A stretch of 64,000 nt of DNA from a virus, in the IMG/VR virus record IMGVR_UViG_3300018080_005419; one strand, written 5' to 3'. Positions 16,448 to 26,628 of this stretch are shown here, in pieces. The notes below the pieces were generated by a model, which saw nothing but the letters and a program-made list of their open reading frames with translations, searched no databases and had not been told where the DNA came from. Position numbers and translations under genes: made by a program. Position 1 is the first letter of the stretch; every line of letters begins with the position of its first letter.

Positions 16448-17428
16448 TCATGTCGAGGCTCTTCTAGTTAAGAGCCCGGTACTAGGAAGTATAGACGCAA
16501 ATCCTAAATTAGCAAACCATTTTTTAAGAGTTAATGGATCAGATTGGGTATAAGTTATTGGTTTTAAGCCATTTATGTTTTTATTAATTTTCTTCAAATC
16601 ATAGGCTAAATGAACAATATCAACCTGATCTAGTACGTTTTGCTCTTTTTTCTTCTTTTTCTCTTTTGAATCTATCCATGAAATCAAATCTTTATATGTT
16701 GCTTTTCCACTATCTATCCCCAATTCCTTCTGAGCTTCTAAGAGCATTTTTATAGCTGTTTTTTCTCCTACTCCTTTTACACCGATAATATTGTCTCCGC
16801 TATCTCCTGCCAATGCTCCTATATCAATCCATTGTTGCGGAGAAAGATTAAACTCACCGCCAAAACTATCATATGTCATTGCTCCTTTTCCACTAATAGA
16901 TAGAATACTAACATTCTCGGAAAGCAATTGGTACATATCTTTATCAGAGGAGATTATTTTGATAACATCCCCTCTTTCTTCGTGAATCCTAGCAAGTGTT
17001 CCAATTACATCGTCTGCTTCGTGTCCTTCTATTTGAATTTGATCGACAAGAGTAAGATCAAGTATTTCCTTAAGAGTTGGTTTTTGTATATCAATTGCTT
17101 CTACTAAATCGTTTGTCTTTCCTTCTGCTTCTTCCTTTGCTCTTTTTCTTTCTCTATTTTGTTTGTAATAACCTTGTTCTTCTGTTAAAATTCCTTTAGC
17201 AATGGCTTCTTTACTAATCCTTAAACGTTCTTCTGTTCCTCCATCCCAAATAATGGCAATTTTAGCATCTCTCCATCTTTGCCAAACAGCTAATAATTCT
17301 TTGAAAACGCCAAAAATTACTCCTGTAGGTTCACCATTATTTGTTAAATGTCTATTTGTCCAACCAACTCGAAAACAAGTATTATTTGCATCAATAAGCA
17401 CAATAAGATCAGAAGGCTTTGCTGTCAT
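16448..17428 (-). CDS. 5'-3' exonuclease / flap endonuclease (PolA N-terminal, RNase H-like)
   Basis: LIDANN, WDGG, YKQNR, HEADDVIGTLA, SSDKDMYQL, LAGDSGDNIIGVKGVGEKTA. Confidence 0.92.
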   Translation of the reverse strand: MTAKPSDLIVLIDANNTCFRVGWTNRHLTNNGEPTGVIFGVFKELLAVWQRWRDAKIAIIWDGGTEERLRISKEAIAKGILTEEQGYYKQNRERKRAKEEAEGKTNDLVEAIDIQKPTLKEILDLTLVDQIQIEGHEADDVIGTLARIHEERGDVIKIISSDKDMYQLLSENVSILSISGKGAMTYDSFGGEFNLSPQQWIDIGALAGDSGDNIIGVKGVGEKTAIKMLLEAQKELGIDSGKATYKDLISWIDSKEKKKKKEQNVLDQVDIVHLAYDLKKINKNINGLKPITYTQSDPLTLKKWFANLGFASILPSTGLLTRRAST

Positions 17429-17451
17429 TTTATTAGACTCTCCAAAAAGAT

Positions 17452-17484
17452 AAAGGCTCTAGCTATATTATAACCAGAGCCTTT
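17452..17484 (-). terminator. Intrinsic terminator with an embedded TATAAT
   Basis: aaaggctct/agagccttt stem extended by G-U pairs on the minus-strand RNA, followed by a T-rich tract. Confidence 0.6.
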
Positions 17485-17511
17485 CCAAATTAAGTTGATA
17501 AATTTAAAATT

Positions 17512-18633
17512 CTATTCTACAAAGATGGGCCAATCACAAATTTTGCCTTTTTCTTGATCAATTACAAAAAACGACTGTCTTGGTTCTTCATATGGGGCTT
17601 TAATAGAGATAGCATAAGCATTCCATCCAATAAGGCTACCATTAAGAACAAATGGTCCTGCATCCATCATTTGTTGATGGAAATGACCAAAAACATCTAA
17701 ATAAACCTTTTCAGACTTATTCCATTGTGCAATAGCCTTATTTGTAGGAATTGTCACGCCGCCTACACCACCAGCATATCTGATAGCATCTCCGTGGTGG
17801 AATCTTAATTTGAATCCATACAGAGGAAGATATGTATGATAACCATTTTCAATAATAAAGTGAACTCTTGAGTTTTTAGCATAGATTTTCTCAAGAGTTT
17901 TATACATCATCCATTCATATGAATTTTTATGCGATGTTGAGATACGTTTCTTTAGTGTGGTTCGACCGTGATTTCCTGGACAACACGGAATAATAATCTT
18001 CTCAAAGTTCCCTTCTTTTAATAAGAAATCAATTCCCTGGCAAAGAAGTTCCTGAATGAATAAACTTGCTTCTGTAGGACTAAGATAATTATCCTCCTGT
18101 AATTCTTCATGAATATATCCAGAAATCATATCGCCAAGAATAGCAAGAACTAAATTTTTAATTCTAATTCCATTTCTCACAAGATTGGTTAAGAACAATC
18201 CTTTTCTGAAGAATCTTGCTGCTCGTGCTTCTGCAATTTTAAGATTAAATTCGTTTTTATTGTTTACTGTTGATGGATCTACTTTCTCTTCTACATGCCA
18301 ATCGGAAGCAACCATAATAGCAGTTGCATTTCCTACTTTGCCAGATGACTTTTTAACGAGAGCAGGCACTTTGGTTTCTGATGATTCTTTTAATGCAAGT
18401 AAATGTTCAATGGTTTGGTCTTTGTCTTCCATTTCTTTTAGAGTGGACTTATATCTACGCTCTAACTCTCCTAGCCTATCTTTAAGTTTTGCAAAAGATA
18501 AGTCAGAACGAATCAAATACTCATCAGGAATAATGCCAGTCTCACGCAATTCCATAAGTAGCTTGTGTTCTTCGGGGGAAAGAGTTACGCGAGGATTGCT
18601 GCTTGACTTTTTCTTCTTTGCCATTACTTTCAC
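17512..18633 (-). CDS. Calcineurin-like metallophosphoesterase with N-terminal coiled coil
   Basis: ASDWHVE, LGDMISG, PGNHG, HHGD, FGHFH. Confidence 0.8.
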   Translation of the reverse strand: MKVMAKKKKSSSNPRVTLSPEEHKLLMELRETGIIPDEYLIRSDLSFAKLKDRLGELERRYKSTLKEMEDKDQTIEHLLALKESSETKVPALVKKSSGKVGNATAIMVASDWHVEEKVDPSTVNNKNEFNLKIAEARAARFFRKGLFLTNLVRNGIRIKNLVLAILGDMISGYIHEELQEDNYLSPTEASLFIQELLCQGIDFLLKEGNFEKIIIPCCPGNHGRTTLKKRISTSHKNSYEWMMYKTLEKIYAKNSRVHFIIENGYHTYLPLYGFKLRFHHGDAIRYAGGVGGVTIPTNKAIAQWNKSEKVYLDVFGHFHQQMMDAGPFVLNGSLIGWNAYAISIKAPYEEPRQSFFVIDQEKGKICDWPIFVE

Positions 18634-18760
18634 TCCTTTATTTGAATTTCTACTTAATCTCTACCACTTCTATTATAGTGGCAGAATATAAAAAAGTATT
18701 TAAATATTTGATAAGAAAATATGTTATGTCGAAAATTGGGATGTAATAAACTATTTTAAT

Positions 18761-19570
18761 TTATGACTTGATTTTGAATTTTTTTTCGAGTTTGCTACGA
18801 TTAGTTCTTTTTATATGGCGAATTTCTTCTTTAGAAAGAGTTGCATTAAATGTTGTTTTGTGATTATGAAAAACATATGAACCTAAAGATACTCTAATTT
18901 TATATTCATTATTATATATTCGAAGACATAAATCATCATCGTCTCCATAGCCCAATCCATAAATAGGATCTAAAAGTCCCACCTTTTGAAAAATTTCTTT
19001 GCGGAAAATTGTACAGAAAAAAGCAACCATAGGACAGGATATCCCCATAGGAGCTTCAATATGTTTAGTATTAAAATAAGAATCTAAAATTTTACCTCTT
19101 GCATCAGTATCTAATTCTTTCAAGTTTGGATATTGTTGAATACCTGAACTTTTAAATAAACGCTTCCATCCTTGAAGTGACGATTCGGCTGATGAAACAG
19201 GACCGATAGCACCTATTTTGTTATCACTTTCAAGAATGAAAGTCATCTTATCTAACCATGTTGCAGAAACTTCTATATCGTTATTTAAAATTGCAAAATA
19301 TTCACAATCTTTTCCATAAGGAGTATTCAATAATATTTCTATACCATTATTTACACCTTTAACGAATCCTAAATTTGTATCGGACCATATAGATAAACGA
19401 TTTTTATGCTGTTTAAAAGAATTTATCACTGATTGTTTAGATTTTTCTGTAGATCCATTATCCATCCATACTAATAAATAATCATCTGTATGTTTTAAAA
19501 TAGAATCAAAACAACGAATTGTAAATTCTTCTTGACCATATGTTGGAATAATAAGAGCCGTTTTAGGCAT
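18761..19570 (-). CDS. Glycosyltransferase family 2
   Basis: IIPTYG, MDNGS, NLGFVKGVNNG, ILNNDI, GYGDDDDLC. Confidence 0.88.
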   Translation of the reverse strand: MPKTALIIPTYGQEEFTIRCFDSILKHTDDYLLVWMDNGSTEKSKQSVINSFKQHKNRLSIWSDTNLGFVKGVNNGIEILLNTPYGKDCEYFAILNNDIEVSATWLDKMTFILESDNKIGAIGPVSSAESSLQGWKRLFKSSGIQQYPNLKELDTDARGKILDSYFNTKHIEAPMGISCPMVAFFCTIFRKEIFQKVGLLDPIYGLGYGDDDDLCLRIYNNEYKIRVSLGSYVFHNHKTTFNATLSKEEIRHIKRTNRSKLEKKFKIKS

Positions 19571-19577
19571 TTTAATA

Positions 19578-21029
19578 TTATCCTTGATGACTCGACTTTA
19601 AAAAAGTTTGTGTTAAATTGGTAGTTGGGTCTATTGTTTGATATTGTAAATTATTTTTATATGCTACATAATTAAAACTCAATTGATCTCGCTTGCTATG
19701 AGCTTTTACTTCTCGCCACCATAATTCCATAACATTGATTATTTCATTGTCATTGTGTTCTCGAATAATTGTTCCCGTCATAGCTAAACCTATATTCTTA
19801 GGAAATCCTTCATTTTCATACTTTTCTATTTGTATCCTCATAGTCTTAGCTTGATCTTTTCTTAAGTCTATACATGCTTGCAATTCATCATAAAGACAGT
19901 CTCTTAAATCATGCTTCATTAACATAATTTTTTGTGTGCGTTTTTGAAAAAGTTGGTTCATATTACTATTAATTTTTAAATTCCCATCAATCCACAAACT
20001 CGTTTCATATTCGGTTAAAAATCTATGAGGAAGGATTTTATACATTCTTGCTGTTTTAGCATGATTGCAGTCAATAGTATCCACATATCGAATATCCCAA
20101 GTAGAAGACTTAATACTATTGTTATCAGTAAAGCAAATATAGTCTATACCATTTTCTTTATTTGGAACTTCATTTAATTGATCATAGTCTCCCATTATCG
20201 CAGTATAAATAACTAATCTATTTTGTTTATTTTCTGATGATTTATAAAAATAAGGATTTGTAGTATTAGCAGACCATCTTCCATCCAAATAAAGATTTCG
20301 TTCTAATGGTTTATGTACGGATTTTGCAATTATTAATGGTCCTTCATTCAAACACACATATGAAGAAAGCTCATCCTTTTGCAATTCTATTAAAGCATTG
20401 GATATCATATCTTCAGGAAAAACATATTTTTCTAAATCGTAATTTTCATCTAAACTAAATAATATATATTGCCCTTGTATGTCTTTGGCATCTTTAGTAA
20501 ATTCGAAACAATTATAAATTTGGTTTGCCAGTTTATCTTTAAAAATAGACAAATTACTTTCAGAATCAAAAATAGATATTAAACCGTTATATCCAAATAT
20601 TTCTGTATGAGGAATTAAATTCTCTTCGTTAAAATTAAAATCATAAACTATTGATCCTTGATATTTTTGATAATTTATATAAAAATCACTTTCGATTTCA
20701 TCATCACAAAATAATGCTATCGAATTTCTTGTGTCGGGAGATAAACAACAAACTGAAAACTTGGCTTGTAATTCAGTCTCTAAAAATATAACATCTTTAA
20801 ATAATAATTCGTAAAACGCATTATCTTTTAATTTTCTACCATCTATTGTCCAAGATTGGTTCAAATTGTTTTGATTATCTATTTCAAATTTTACAATTAT
20901 TGTTGTGCGATTTTTTCGACAATATGTTCCAAATTTTATACATAGAGAATTAATCTCTTTTTTAGCTGGCAAAATAATCTCTTGTTTAACAAGACTTTTA
21001 GCTGTTAATGGACCTACTGGTTTTTCCAT
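19578..21029 (-). CDS. Glycosyltransferase, DUF616/TOD1-like C-terminal domain with an extra N-terminal domain
   Basis: VIYTAIMGDYD, CFTDN, YKILPHRFL, LWIDGN, RDQLSFNYV. Confidence 0.75.
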   Translation of the reverse strand: MEKPVGPLTAKSLVKQEIILPAKKEINSLCIKFGTYCRKNRTTIIVKFEIDNQNNLNQSWTIDGRKLKDNAFYELLFKDVIFLETELQAKFSVCCLSPDTRNSIALFCDDEIESDFYINYQKYQGSIVYDFNFNEENLIPHTEIFGYNGLISIFDSESNLSIFKDKLANQIYNCFEFTKDAKDIQGQYILFSLDENYDLEKYVFPEDMISNALIELQKDELSSYVCLNEGPLIIAKSVHKPLERNLYLDGRWSANTTNPYFYKSSENKQNRLVIYTAIMGDYDQLNEVPNKENGIDYICFTDNNSIKSSTWDIRYVDTIDCNHAKTARMYKILPHRFLTEYETSLWIDGNLKINSNMNQLFQKRTQKIMLMKHDLRDCLYDELQACIDLRKDQAKTMRIQIEKYENEGFPKNIGLAMTGTIIREHNDNEIINVMELWWREVKAHSKRDQLSFNYVAYKNNLQYQTIDPTTNLTQTFLKSSHQG

Positions 21030-21033
21030 GGTT

Positions 21034-21510
21034 TTATTCCAGCATCTCTTCCAATCTTTTAAATTCTTTTTCTTGATCTTCTATGATCTTCTTAATGTTT
21101 GGAGGTTGATGAGAAGGAGGTTTGACCCACTTACCATCATCTCGTCTGTATCCACCAGGACCAAATTTATTCAAGTTATTTAAATCTACAGCTGTTTGTA
21201 ATTCGTCATCGTCAATTCCACAAGCTGTTAAGGTTCCTGTAGTTACAACCTTAATGTCAGCACAACCATCGGCAATTTCGATAAGATCAACGTCAAATGC
21301 TTCTTGAAATTCCACATTATTAATTTCTATGCTTTCATCATTAACCCTAATATAAAATCCTAGCGCTTTAATTGTCTCTAATGATTCTTCTAAAATCAAC
21401 CTAGCACGAAGTTCTCTTGTTTCGTAATCAGGAATAATGGGTGATTTAGGCACATCTTGACCAGCCAACTTCATAAACAAATCAACTCTTTGTTGATGTG
21501 TACTTCTCAT
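21034..21510 (-). CDS. MazG-like / all-alpha NTP pyrophosphohydrolase
   Basis: LILEESLE, EIADGCADIKVV, NLNK, RRDDGKWVKP. Confidence 0.8.
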   Translation of the reverse strand: MRSTHQQRVDLFMKLAGQDVPKSPIIPDYETRELRARLILEESLETIKALGFYIRVNDESIEINNVEFQEAFDVDLIEIADGCADIKVVTTGTLTACGIDDDELQTAVDLNNLNKFGPGGYRRDDGKWVKPPSHQPPNIKKIIEDQEKEFKRLEEMLE

Positions 21511-21512
21511 TT

Positions 21513-22679
21513 TTAAATCTCCTCCACGGCCACTTCTTCATTTTCAATAGTTTCTGTTTCTTCTGAGCTTTCCTCTTTATCTTCTGGTTCTTTATCTACC
21601 TCAGGAGGAATAGGATCTTCCTTTTTTATATCACCCTTCAAATTATCAACAATTTGACTATATAAACTATTCTGTAAATCTTTATTGTCGTGTATTGCTT
21701 CGTAAAGATTTTGACGACCTTGGAATTTTTCATCTAATTCTTTAACAACAAACCAAGCACCAGATTTATCAATCATTTCCATATCAAGACCAAGATCAAT
21801 AATTTGTTCGACTCTATCAATACCTGTGCCGAAACGAATTTTAAATGTACACACTTTAAATGGAGGGGCGATTTTATTCTTAGCAACTTTAGCTTTAACA
21901 ATATTGTTCACAATTTCTTCACCACTCTTATCAGAACCAATACGGCGCAATTCCAATCTTTGACTGGCATAAAATCTAAGTGCTTTACCGCCAGTTGTGC
22001 CACTTCCCATTGCTGCATTTGTTTGGCCAATTTGGGTCCTGATTTGATTTGTAAAGATAACTGTGGACCTTTTCTTAGCTAACAATGTGTTAAGATTCCT
22101 TAAACCCTCGCTCATCATTTTTGCATGCTTACCCATTGTTACTGTTCCAATAGCAGCCTCAAACATATCTCTTGGAGTTAAGGCCGCTACAGAATCGACA
22201 ACAACGAGTTTAACATCGTTTTTGACAAGTTCCATCATAATATTTAATGCATGTTCGCCACTATCAGGTTGGCTAACAAGCAGATTTTCTACATTTACAT
22301 TTAATTGTTGAGCATAGATTGGATCAAATGAGTTTTCTGAATCAATAAGAGCACACAACTCACCGCCATTTTGAACAGAACTTAGAGCATGTAGAGTAAG
22401 TGTTGATTTTCCAGCAGATTCAGGACCATAAATTTCAACAATTCTTCCCCATGCATAACCACCACCCATTTTTTGATCCAACAATAAACAACCAGTAGAA
22501 AATGTAGGAATTTTAGAGATTTTATCAGCCTTCAGAGTCATAATTGGATCGTCACCAGACCACTCTGATGGACAAGCTTTTGAAACAGCCACACAAATTG
22601 AATCTAAACGCTTACGAAGATCGGAATCTCCACCTTTTGCAGCCTTTCTTTCAACTTTCTTTTTTCTTCCTCTTGGCAT
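21513..22679 (-). CDS. recA: RecA recombinase
   Basis: GRIVEIYGPESAGKST, IDSENSFDP, LLVSQPDSGE, VDSVAALTP, GGKALRFYASQRL, KNKIAPPF. Confidence 0.97.
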   Translation of the reverse strand: MPRGRKKKVERKAAKGGDSDLRKRLDSICVAVSKACPSEWSGDDPIMTLKADKISKIPTFSTGCLLLDQKMGGGYAWGRIVEIYGPESAGKSTLTLHALSSVQNGGELCALIDSENSFDPIYAQQLNVNVENLLVSQPDSGEHALNIMMELVKNDVKLVVVDSVAALTPRDMFEAAIGTVTMGKHAKMMSEGLRNLNTLLAKKRSTVIFTNQIRTQIGQTNAAMGSGTTGGKALRFYASQRLELRRIGSDKSGEEIVNNIVKAKVAKNKIAPPFKVCTFKIRFGTGIDRVEQIIDLGLDMEMIDKSGAWFVVKELDEKFQGRQNLYEAIHDNKDLQNSLYSQIVDNLKGDIKKEDPIPPEVDKEPEDKEESSEETETIENEEVAVEEI

Positions 22680-22713
22680 TTTATAATCCTTTTAAAAGTA
22701 ATAAGTATAAAGA

Positions 22714-22746
22714 AGGGTCGGATGTAGAATAAACTACTCCGACCCT
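22714..22746 (-). terminator. Intrinsic terminator downstream of the SSB-like gene
   Basis: GC-rich stem agggtcgga...tccgaccct followed by ttctttatactt on the minus strand. Confidence 0.7.
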
Positions 22747-22780
22747 CCACCCTAACCAAATCGCCTACCTTTAATTAACT

Positions 22781-24121
22781 TTATTTAGAAGTGCTTTCGG
22801 ATTTACACTCATCCGATTTCTTGCACTTTTTACATTCTCCATCACTATCATCATAGTAACCAAAACAACTCGGCTTAATGTCCCCAGTATCTTCATCAGA
22901 TTCAGATTCTAAATCGTCTTCTGGGGCTTCTTTGGTCGGTGCTTCTTCGGCGGGTTCTTCCTCCTTAGCCTCTTCAGTTGGCTTGGCCGGTTTTGAAGGT
23001 GGTTTTGGCTTAGAAGGAGCTTTTGGAGGTTTTGGCGGAGAAGGTTTTTTACTAAAGGTTTCGTTTTTTGGTTCAGGCTTTTCTTCAACTTCAGATTCAG
23101 TTTCTGGCTCGGGATCGGCCTCTGGCTTTTCAGGAGATTCTGAGGCATCTTCGAATTCATCTGCTACACTTGCTGCTCTACGTTTGGGAGCAGCAGCACG
23201 ACGAACAGGAGGCTTAGGTTTATCTTCAGACGATTCTTCCGATTCGCTTCCAGAATCAGTTTTTATTGTCTTTTGAACAGGAGAATCCGAAGGATAATCT
23301 TCAGAAGTTTTACCTAATACATCAGTAATTAATTCTTGATATGCGGGTTTAAGAGATTCAAACAATGTTCTTGGAGACATATGGCTTGCAATATAACGAA
23401 TGAGATCCAAAGGAGCCATACCCTTTTCTTCATCGGTCAATGGTGTTACTTTAATATTAGGACCATCCAGAGCAAAGGCAGCACCGTAAGTAATTCTAGT
23501 TCCTTGATGTTTTGAAACAACAACATCACATCCTTCATCCGGATCGGCAATTTGAGGATATTGTTTTGCAAGTGCCTCAATTGCTTCAGTTCCTTCAGTT
23601 CCAAGATTTAAAATTTTCCAGCCTAGACCCTCGGTTTCGTTTCCATCAGGATCTTTTGTCTTGACAATGGGATCTGCGCGTGAAATTGCATCCCAAGAAT
23701 ATCTACTGCGAGGGAAAGATTTGCCAGAAATTTCCTTCATTTTCTTTTCTAAATCTTGATCTTCACTTTCTTTAGCTTCTTTCCTGCGAATATTCGAAGC
23801 TAAACGAAGATCACAAATAGGACAACAATGCAGTTCTTCTTCGCTACGGGATTGATTGTCAATATCCCAATTCATACATGTTACATTTGTTGATACAGCT
23901 GCTCTTTCTTCACCTTTGGGCTTTAGGGCATCGGCAGAAACAAGATCTTTAATATAATGCCTTTCACAAACAGCAACATTTCCACCCAAACGAACAACAT
24001 TATCACCCTCTTCCAATTGCACCCATAAACCCGACATTGTTGAAAAGCTTTTGGCCTTTCGGTTGGACCCAGAAGATCCAGTTGCTGCTTTTGCTTTCTG
24101 AAGCTTTGCTAAAACGTCCAT
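22781..24121 (-). CDS. Phage single-stranded DNA-binding protein (gp32-like), long acidic/Pro-rich linker, C-terminal 4-Cys motif
   Basis: WVQLEEGDNVVRL, CPICD, RYSWDAI, KILNLG, DPDEGCDVVVSK..GTRITY. Adjacent to recA. Confidence 0.6.
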   Translation of the reverse strand: MDVLAKLQKAKAATGSSGSNRKAKSFSTMSGLWVQLEEGDNVVRLGGNVAVCERHYIKDLVSADALKPKGEERAAVSTNVTCMNWDIDNQSRSEEELHCCPICDLRLASNIRRKEAKESEDQDLEKKMKEISGKSFPRSRYSWDAISRADPIVKTKDPDGNETEGLGWKILNLGTEGTEAIEALAKQYPQIADPDEGCDVVVSKHQGTRITYGAAFALDGPNIKVTPLTDEEKGMAPLDLIRYIASHMSPRTLFESLKPAYQELITDVLGKTSEDYPSDSPVQKTIKTDSGSESEESSEDKPKPPVRRAAAPKRRAASVADEFEDASESPEKPEADPEPETESEVEEKPEPKNETFSKKPSPPKPPKAPSKPKPPSKPAKPTEEAKEEEPAEEAPTKEAPEDDLESESDEDTGDIKPSCFGYYDDSDGECKKCKKSDECKSESTSK

Positions 24122-24243
24122 TGTGACTTTCCTTTCCTACTTGTTCAAACGGCTAACCAAGACAATTTCGTCTCTACAAATGAGCCAACGTACTCTTTGT
24201 AGGCAACAATTATTATATCCTCATTAAACGCAAAAATTAAAAA

Positions 24244-24762
24244 TTAACTGTGAAATTTTTGCGGTTGAGTAACACTTGTAAGTCCATTCAGGCTAAAACC
24301 TTTCTTCTCCCATACTTCCACCCACGACTTTAAATCTCTTACTGCAGCCTTATAATATTTAATAGATTCATGAAAATATTTAAAATCAGTTCTAAGTGGG
24401 CCATCTTCTATTTCGCTCAAAACAATAGCTAAATTTTGAATATCCTCTTTGCTTGGTCTGGACATTCCATATTCTTCCTTGGCATATCTCGTGATAATTC
24501 CCTTTTCTCTAATAATTCCTTGGTTAAGTTGCGCCTCTAAATCTTCTAATTCCGTTTGAGCCATATTATACATATGAGAGAAATAAGCCAATGCTGCCGC
24601 GTGAATTTTCCAATGCTCATGTACAGTTTCTTCCATAATTGCCAAAAGCTGTTCCGCATCTACTTCTGAAATAGCAGTATCGCCAATACGGAAATCGCCA
24701 GCTTTTGTCATACAGGATCTTATTTTTTCAAGAATACCATCAAATTCATCTTCGCTACTCAT
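24244..24762 (-). CDS. Helical hypothetical protein, possibly UvsY-like recombination mediator
   Basis: All-helical pattern and position next to SSB/recA. The family call is weak. Confidence 0.35.
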   Translation of the reverse strand: MSSEDEFDGILEKIRSCMTKAGDFRIGDTAISEVDAEQLLAIMEETVHEHWKIHAAALAYFSHMYNMAQTELEDLEAQLNQGIIREKGIITRYAKEEYGMSRPSKEDIQNLAIVLSEIEDGPLRTDFKYFHESIKYYKAAVRDLKSWVEVWEKKGFSLNGLTSVTQPQKFHS

Positions 24763-25444
24763 CTTTGGATTCCTCTTCTAATCCTGATTCATATTCGCTA
24801 AGATAATTTTCCAGGTCACTCGTAGTCATGCTGCCATTATCTTCGCGAATTAACATTCTTTGTATTTCTTCATTCCCAGTTTTTTCGAATAACATTTCTC
24901 CGCTTTTTCGTATTGATTCTCTCTTACTTATTCTATCCTCTTCGTTTGTTCTTTTTCTAATTTTATCTCTATTGGTCATAAAAAATCTTGACATTACCCA
25001 AGTTCCACATACTACTTTTACAACTGGACTAAACTTTCTCCTAATGTTATCGTCATCAAAGAAAACATCAAAAACCCATGACAAATATTCTTTTATAGAA
25101 ATATTTTTGTCTTTCAATTTTTTAATTGAAGCTTTAATAACTCCTATTTCATCAGGCGGTATTTTCGTCTTATATTCAATATCTGTTTCTTGAACATATC
25201 TATCACGAAAATAAGCAATAAAATAACGTATTTCTTCACCTTCTGAGTATTCTATTTCATCGCCTTCTTTTATAACCCTTTTTGGCAATTTTCCATCTTT
25301 TTTGTTTAACTCTTCCTGTAACATCTCACCTAATATATTCATTTGAAACCGAATTTTTTTATTTGTAATCTTCGGCCAGCAAATGCCAATAGTATTCAAT
25401 AAATAAGTCTCTATACGTACTGGAGACCTTCTTGGTCCTGCCAT
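24755..25444 (-). CDS. Hypothetical protein
   Basis: 229-aa ORF overlapping both neighbours. Confidence 0.7.
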   Translation of the reverse strand: MAGPRRSPVRIETYLLNTIGICWPKITNKKIRFQMNILGEMLQEELNKKDGKLPKRVIKEGDEIEYSEGEEIRYFIAYFRDRYVQETDIEYKTKIPPDEIGVIKASIKKLKDKNISIKEYLSWVFDVFFDDDNIRRKFSPVVKVVCGTWVMSRFFMTNRDKIRKRTNEEDRISKRESIRKSGEMLFEKTGNEEIQRMLIREDNGSMTTSDLENYLSEYESGLEEESKDE

Positions 25445-26571
25445 TATTCGTCTCCAAACTCATCGCGTCCTCTACTTCGACGTTTCTTCCCTTTATATGA
25501 TACCGTTGAATCTCCTTCTTCATCCTTTTTTTCTGTTAATTTTGCTTTCTTATAATGGGTTATAGCTCTTTTAACTGATGGACTTCCTTCGCTATAAATC
25601 ATGTCAATTTTTTCGACAAAATCTTTTTCAGAAGTTATGTCGAAATCCTCGTATAAATGTTTGGCAACTGTTTTCCCTATGCCTGAAATACCAACTAATC
25701 TTGTAAGTTTAGTAGGAACCCCATATTTATATCGCATTTCCAAAGCATTAACAAAACCACTCATATCGCCCCACATTCTCCGACAACAATTGCACATAGC
25801 ACTAATTGCAGCAAACATTCTTGGCATATCGCTCTTTACAGAATAAAAACATGGAAGCTCCACCCTAGGATTTCTACCCATTAAAGCACAATGTACAGCC
25901 AAAAGTCTACTAATAGATCCTTCTCTTATGCTTAAACCTCGACCTATAATATTTTCACACAATGTTGTTGCCTGACTCCTTACCATTTCAGAGTCCCATT
26001 CTTGCGCCATATATAAATTAGCAATAGCCCATGCTTGACAATAATCATTAAAAAGCAAATCTTTCTTGTGCAATGTAGAAATATTAGAAAACCAATCTCG
26101 AACATCATAAGGAGAAAAATAAAATGCTGCACAAATTTTTCCTAATGGTTTTGCCTTTATTTTTCCAGTTTCAGGATCAAATTCGGCAGATCCAGTATCG
26201 TGTAATTCCTGTGCAATATCTTCATAAACAGGAATTTTTTCTCCCCTAGATGTTCTTTGAAATTTATCCAATGTAAAATCATACCAGTTTAAAAATGATT
26301 TTTTATCATATATAATTTTACGTACAACTTGAGAAATTACATGGAAGGCAAATGTAGATATGTCGTTTAAAGTTGATCTGGTCTCATATGAACTATCATC
26401 GGAGAATTTCTTTTTCCATATTATTGCATCATCATTGGCAAGAACAATGTGTACATCTGCTTCATCTTGACCATGCATCCTTCCCGCTCTCCCAGCCATT
26501 TGCTTAGTGTCTCTTGGTCTTAGAGAGCTACCAGCACGTCTTACATCAACAATAATTACACGATCTGCCAT
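25444..26571 (-). CDS. Ski2/Hel308-like SF2 helicase, C-terminal fragment
   Basis: Begins MADRVII (end of motif V), then motif VI QMAGRAGR, a winged-helix-like region and HhH-like LVGISGIGKTVA. Confidence 0.85.
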   Translation of the reverse strand: MADRVIIVDVRRAGSSLRPRDTKQMAGRAGRMHGQDEADVHIVLANDDAIIWKKKFSDDSSYETRSTLNDISTFAFHVISQVVRKIIYDKKSFLNWYDFTLDKFQRTSRGEKIPVYEDIAQELHDTGSAEFDPETGKIKAKPLGKICAAFYFSPYDVRDWFSNISTLHKKDLLFNDYCQAWAIANLYMAQEWDSEMVRSQATTLCENIIGRGLSIREGSISRLLAVHCALMGRNPRVELPCFYSVKSDMPRMFAAISAMCNCCRRMWGDMSGFVNALEMRYKYGVPTKLTRLVGISGIGKTVAKHLYEDFDITSEKDFVEKIDMIYSEGSPSVKRAITHYKKAKLTEKKDEEGDSTVSYKGKKRRSRGRDEFGDE

Positions 26572-26628
26572 CTTATTAACAAATCCCTTTTAAAAATTTA
26601 AAATGCAAGAATGAAACAGAGGAGAGAT

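Noticed and set aside
18185-18691. 168-aa plus-strand ORF, and similar shadow ORFs such as 3059..3364, 22878..23276, 30961..31377, 31405..31713 and 44675..44983
   Set aside because: They lie antisense to well-supported genes, lack RBSs and recognisable motifs, and have the composition typical of reverse-frame artefacts.
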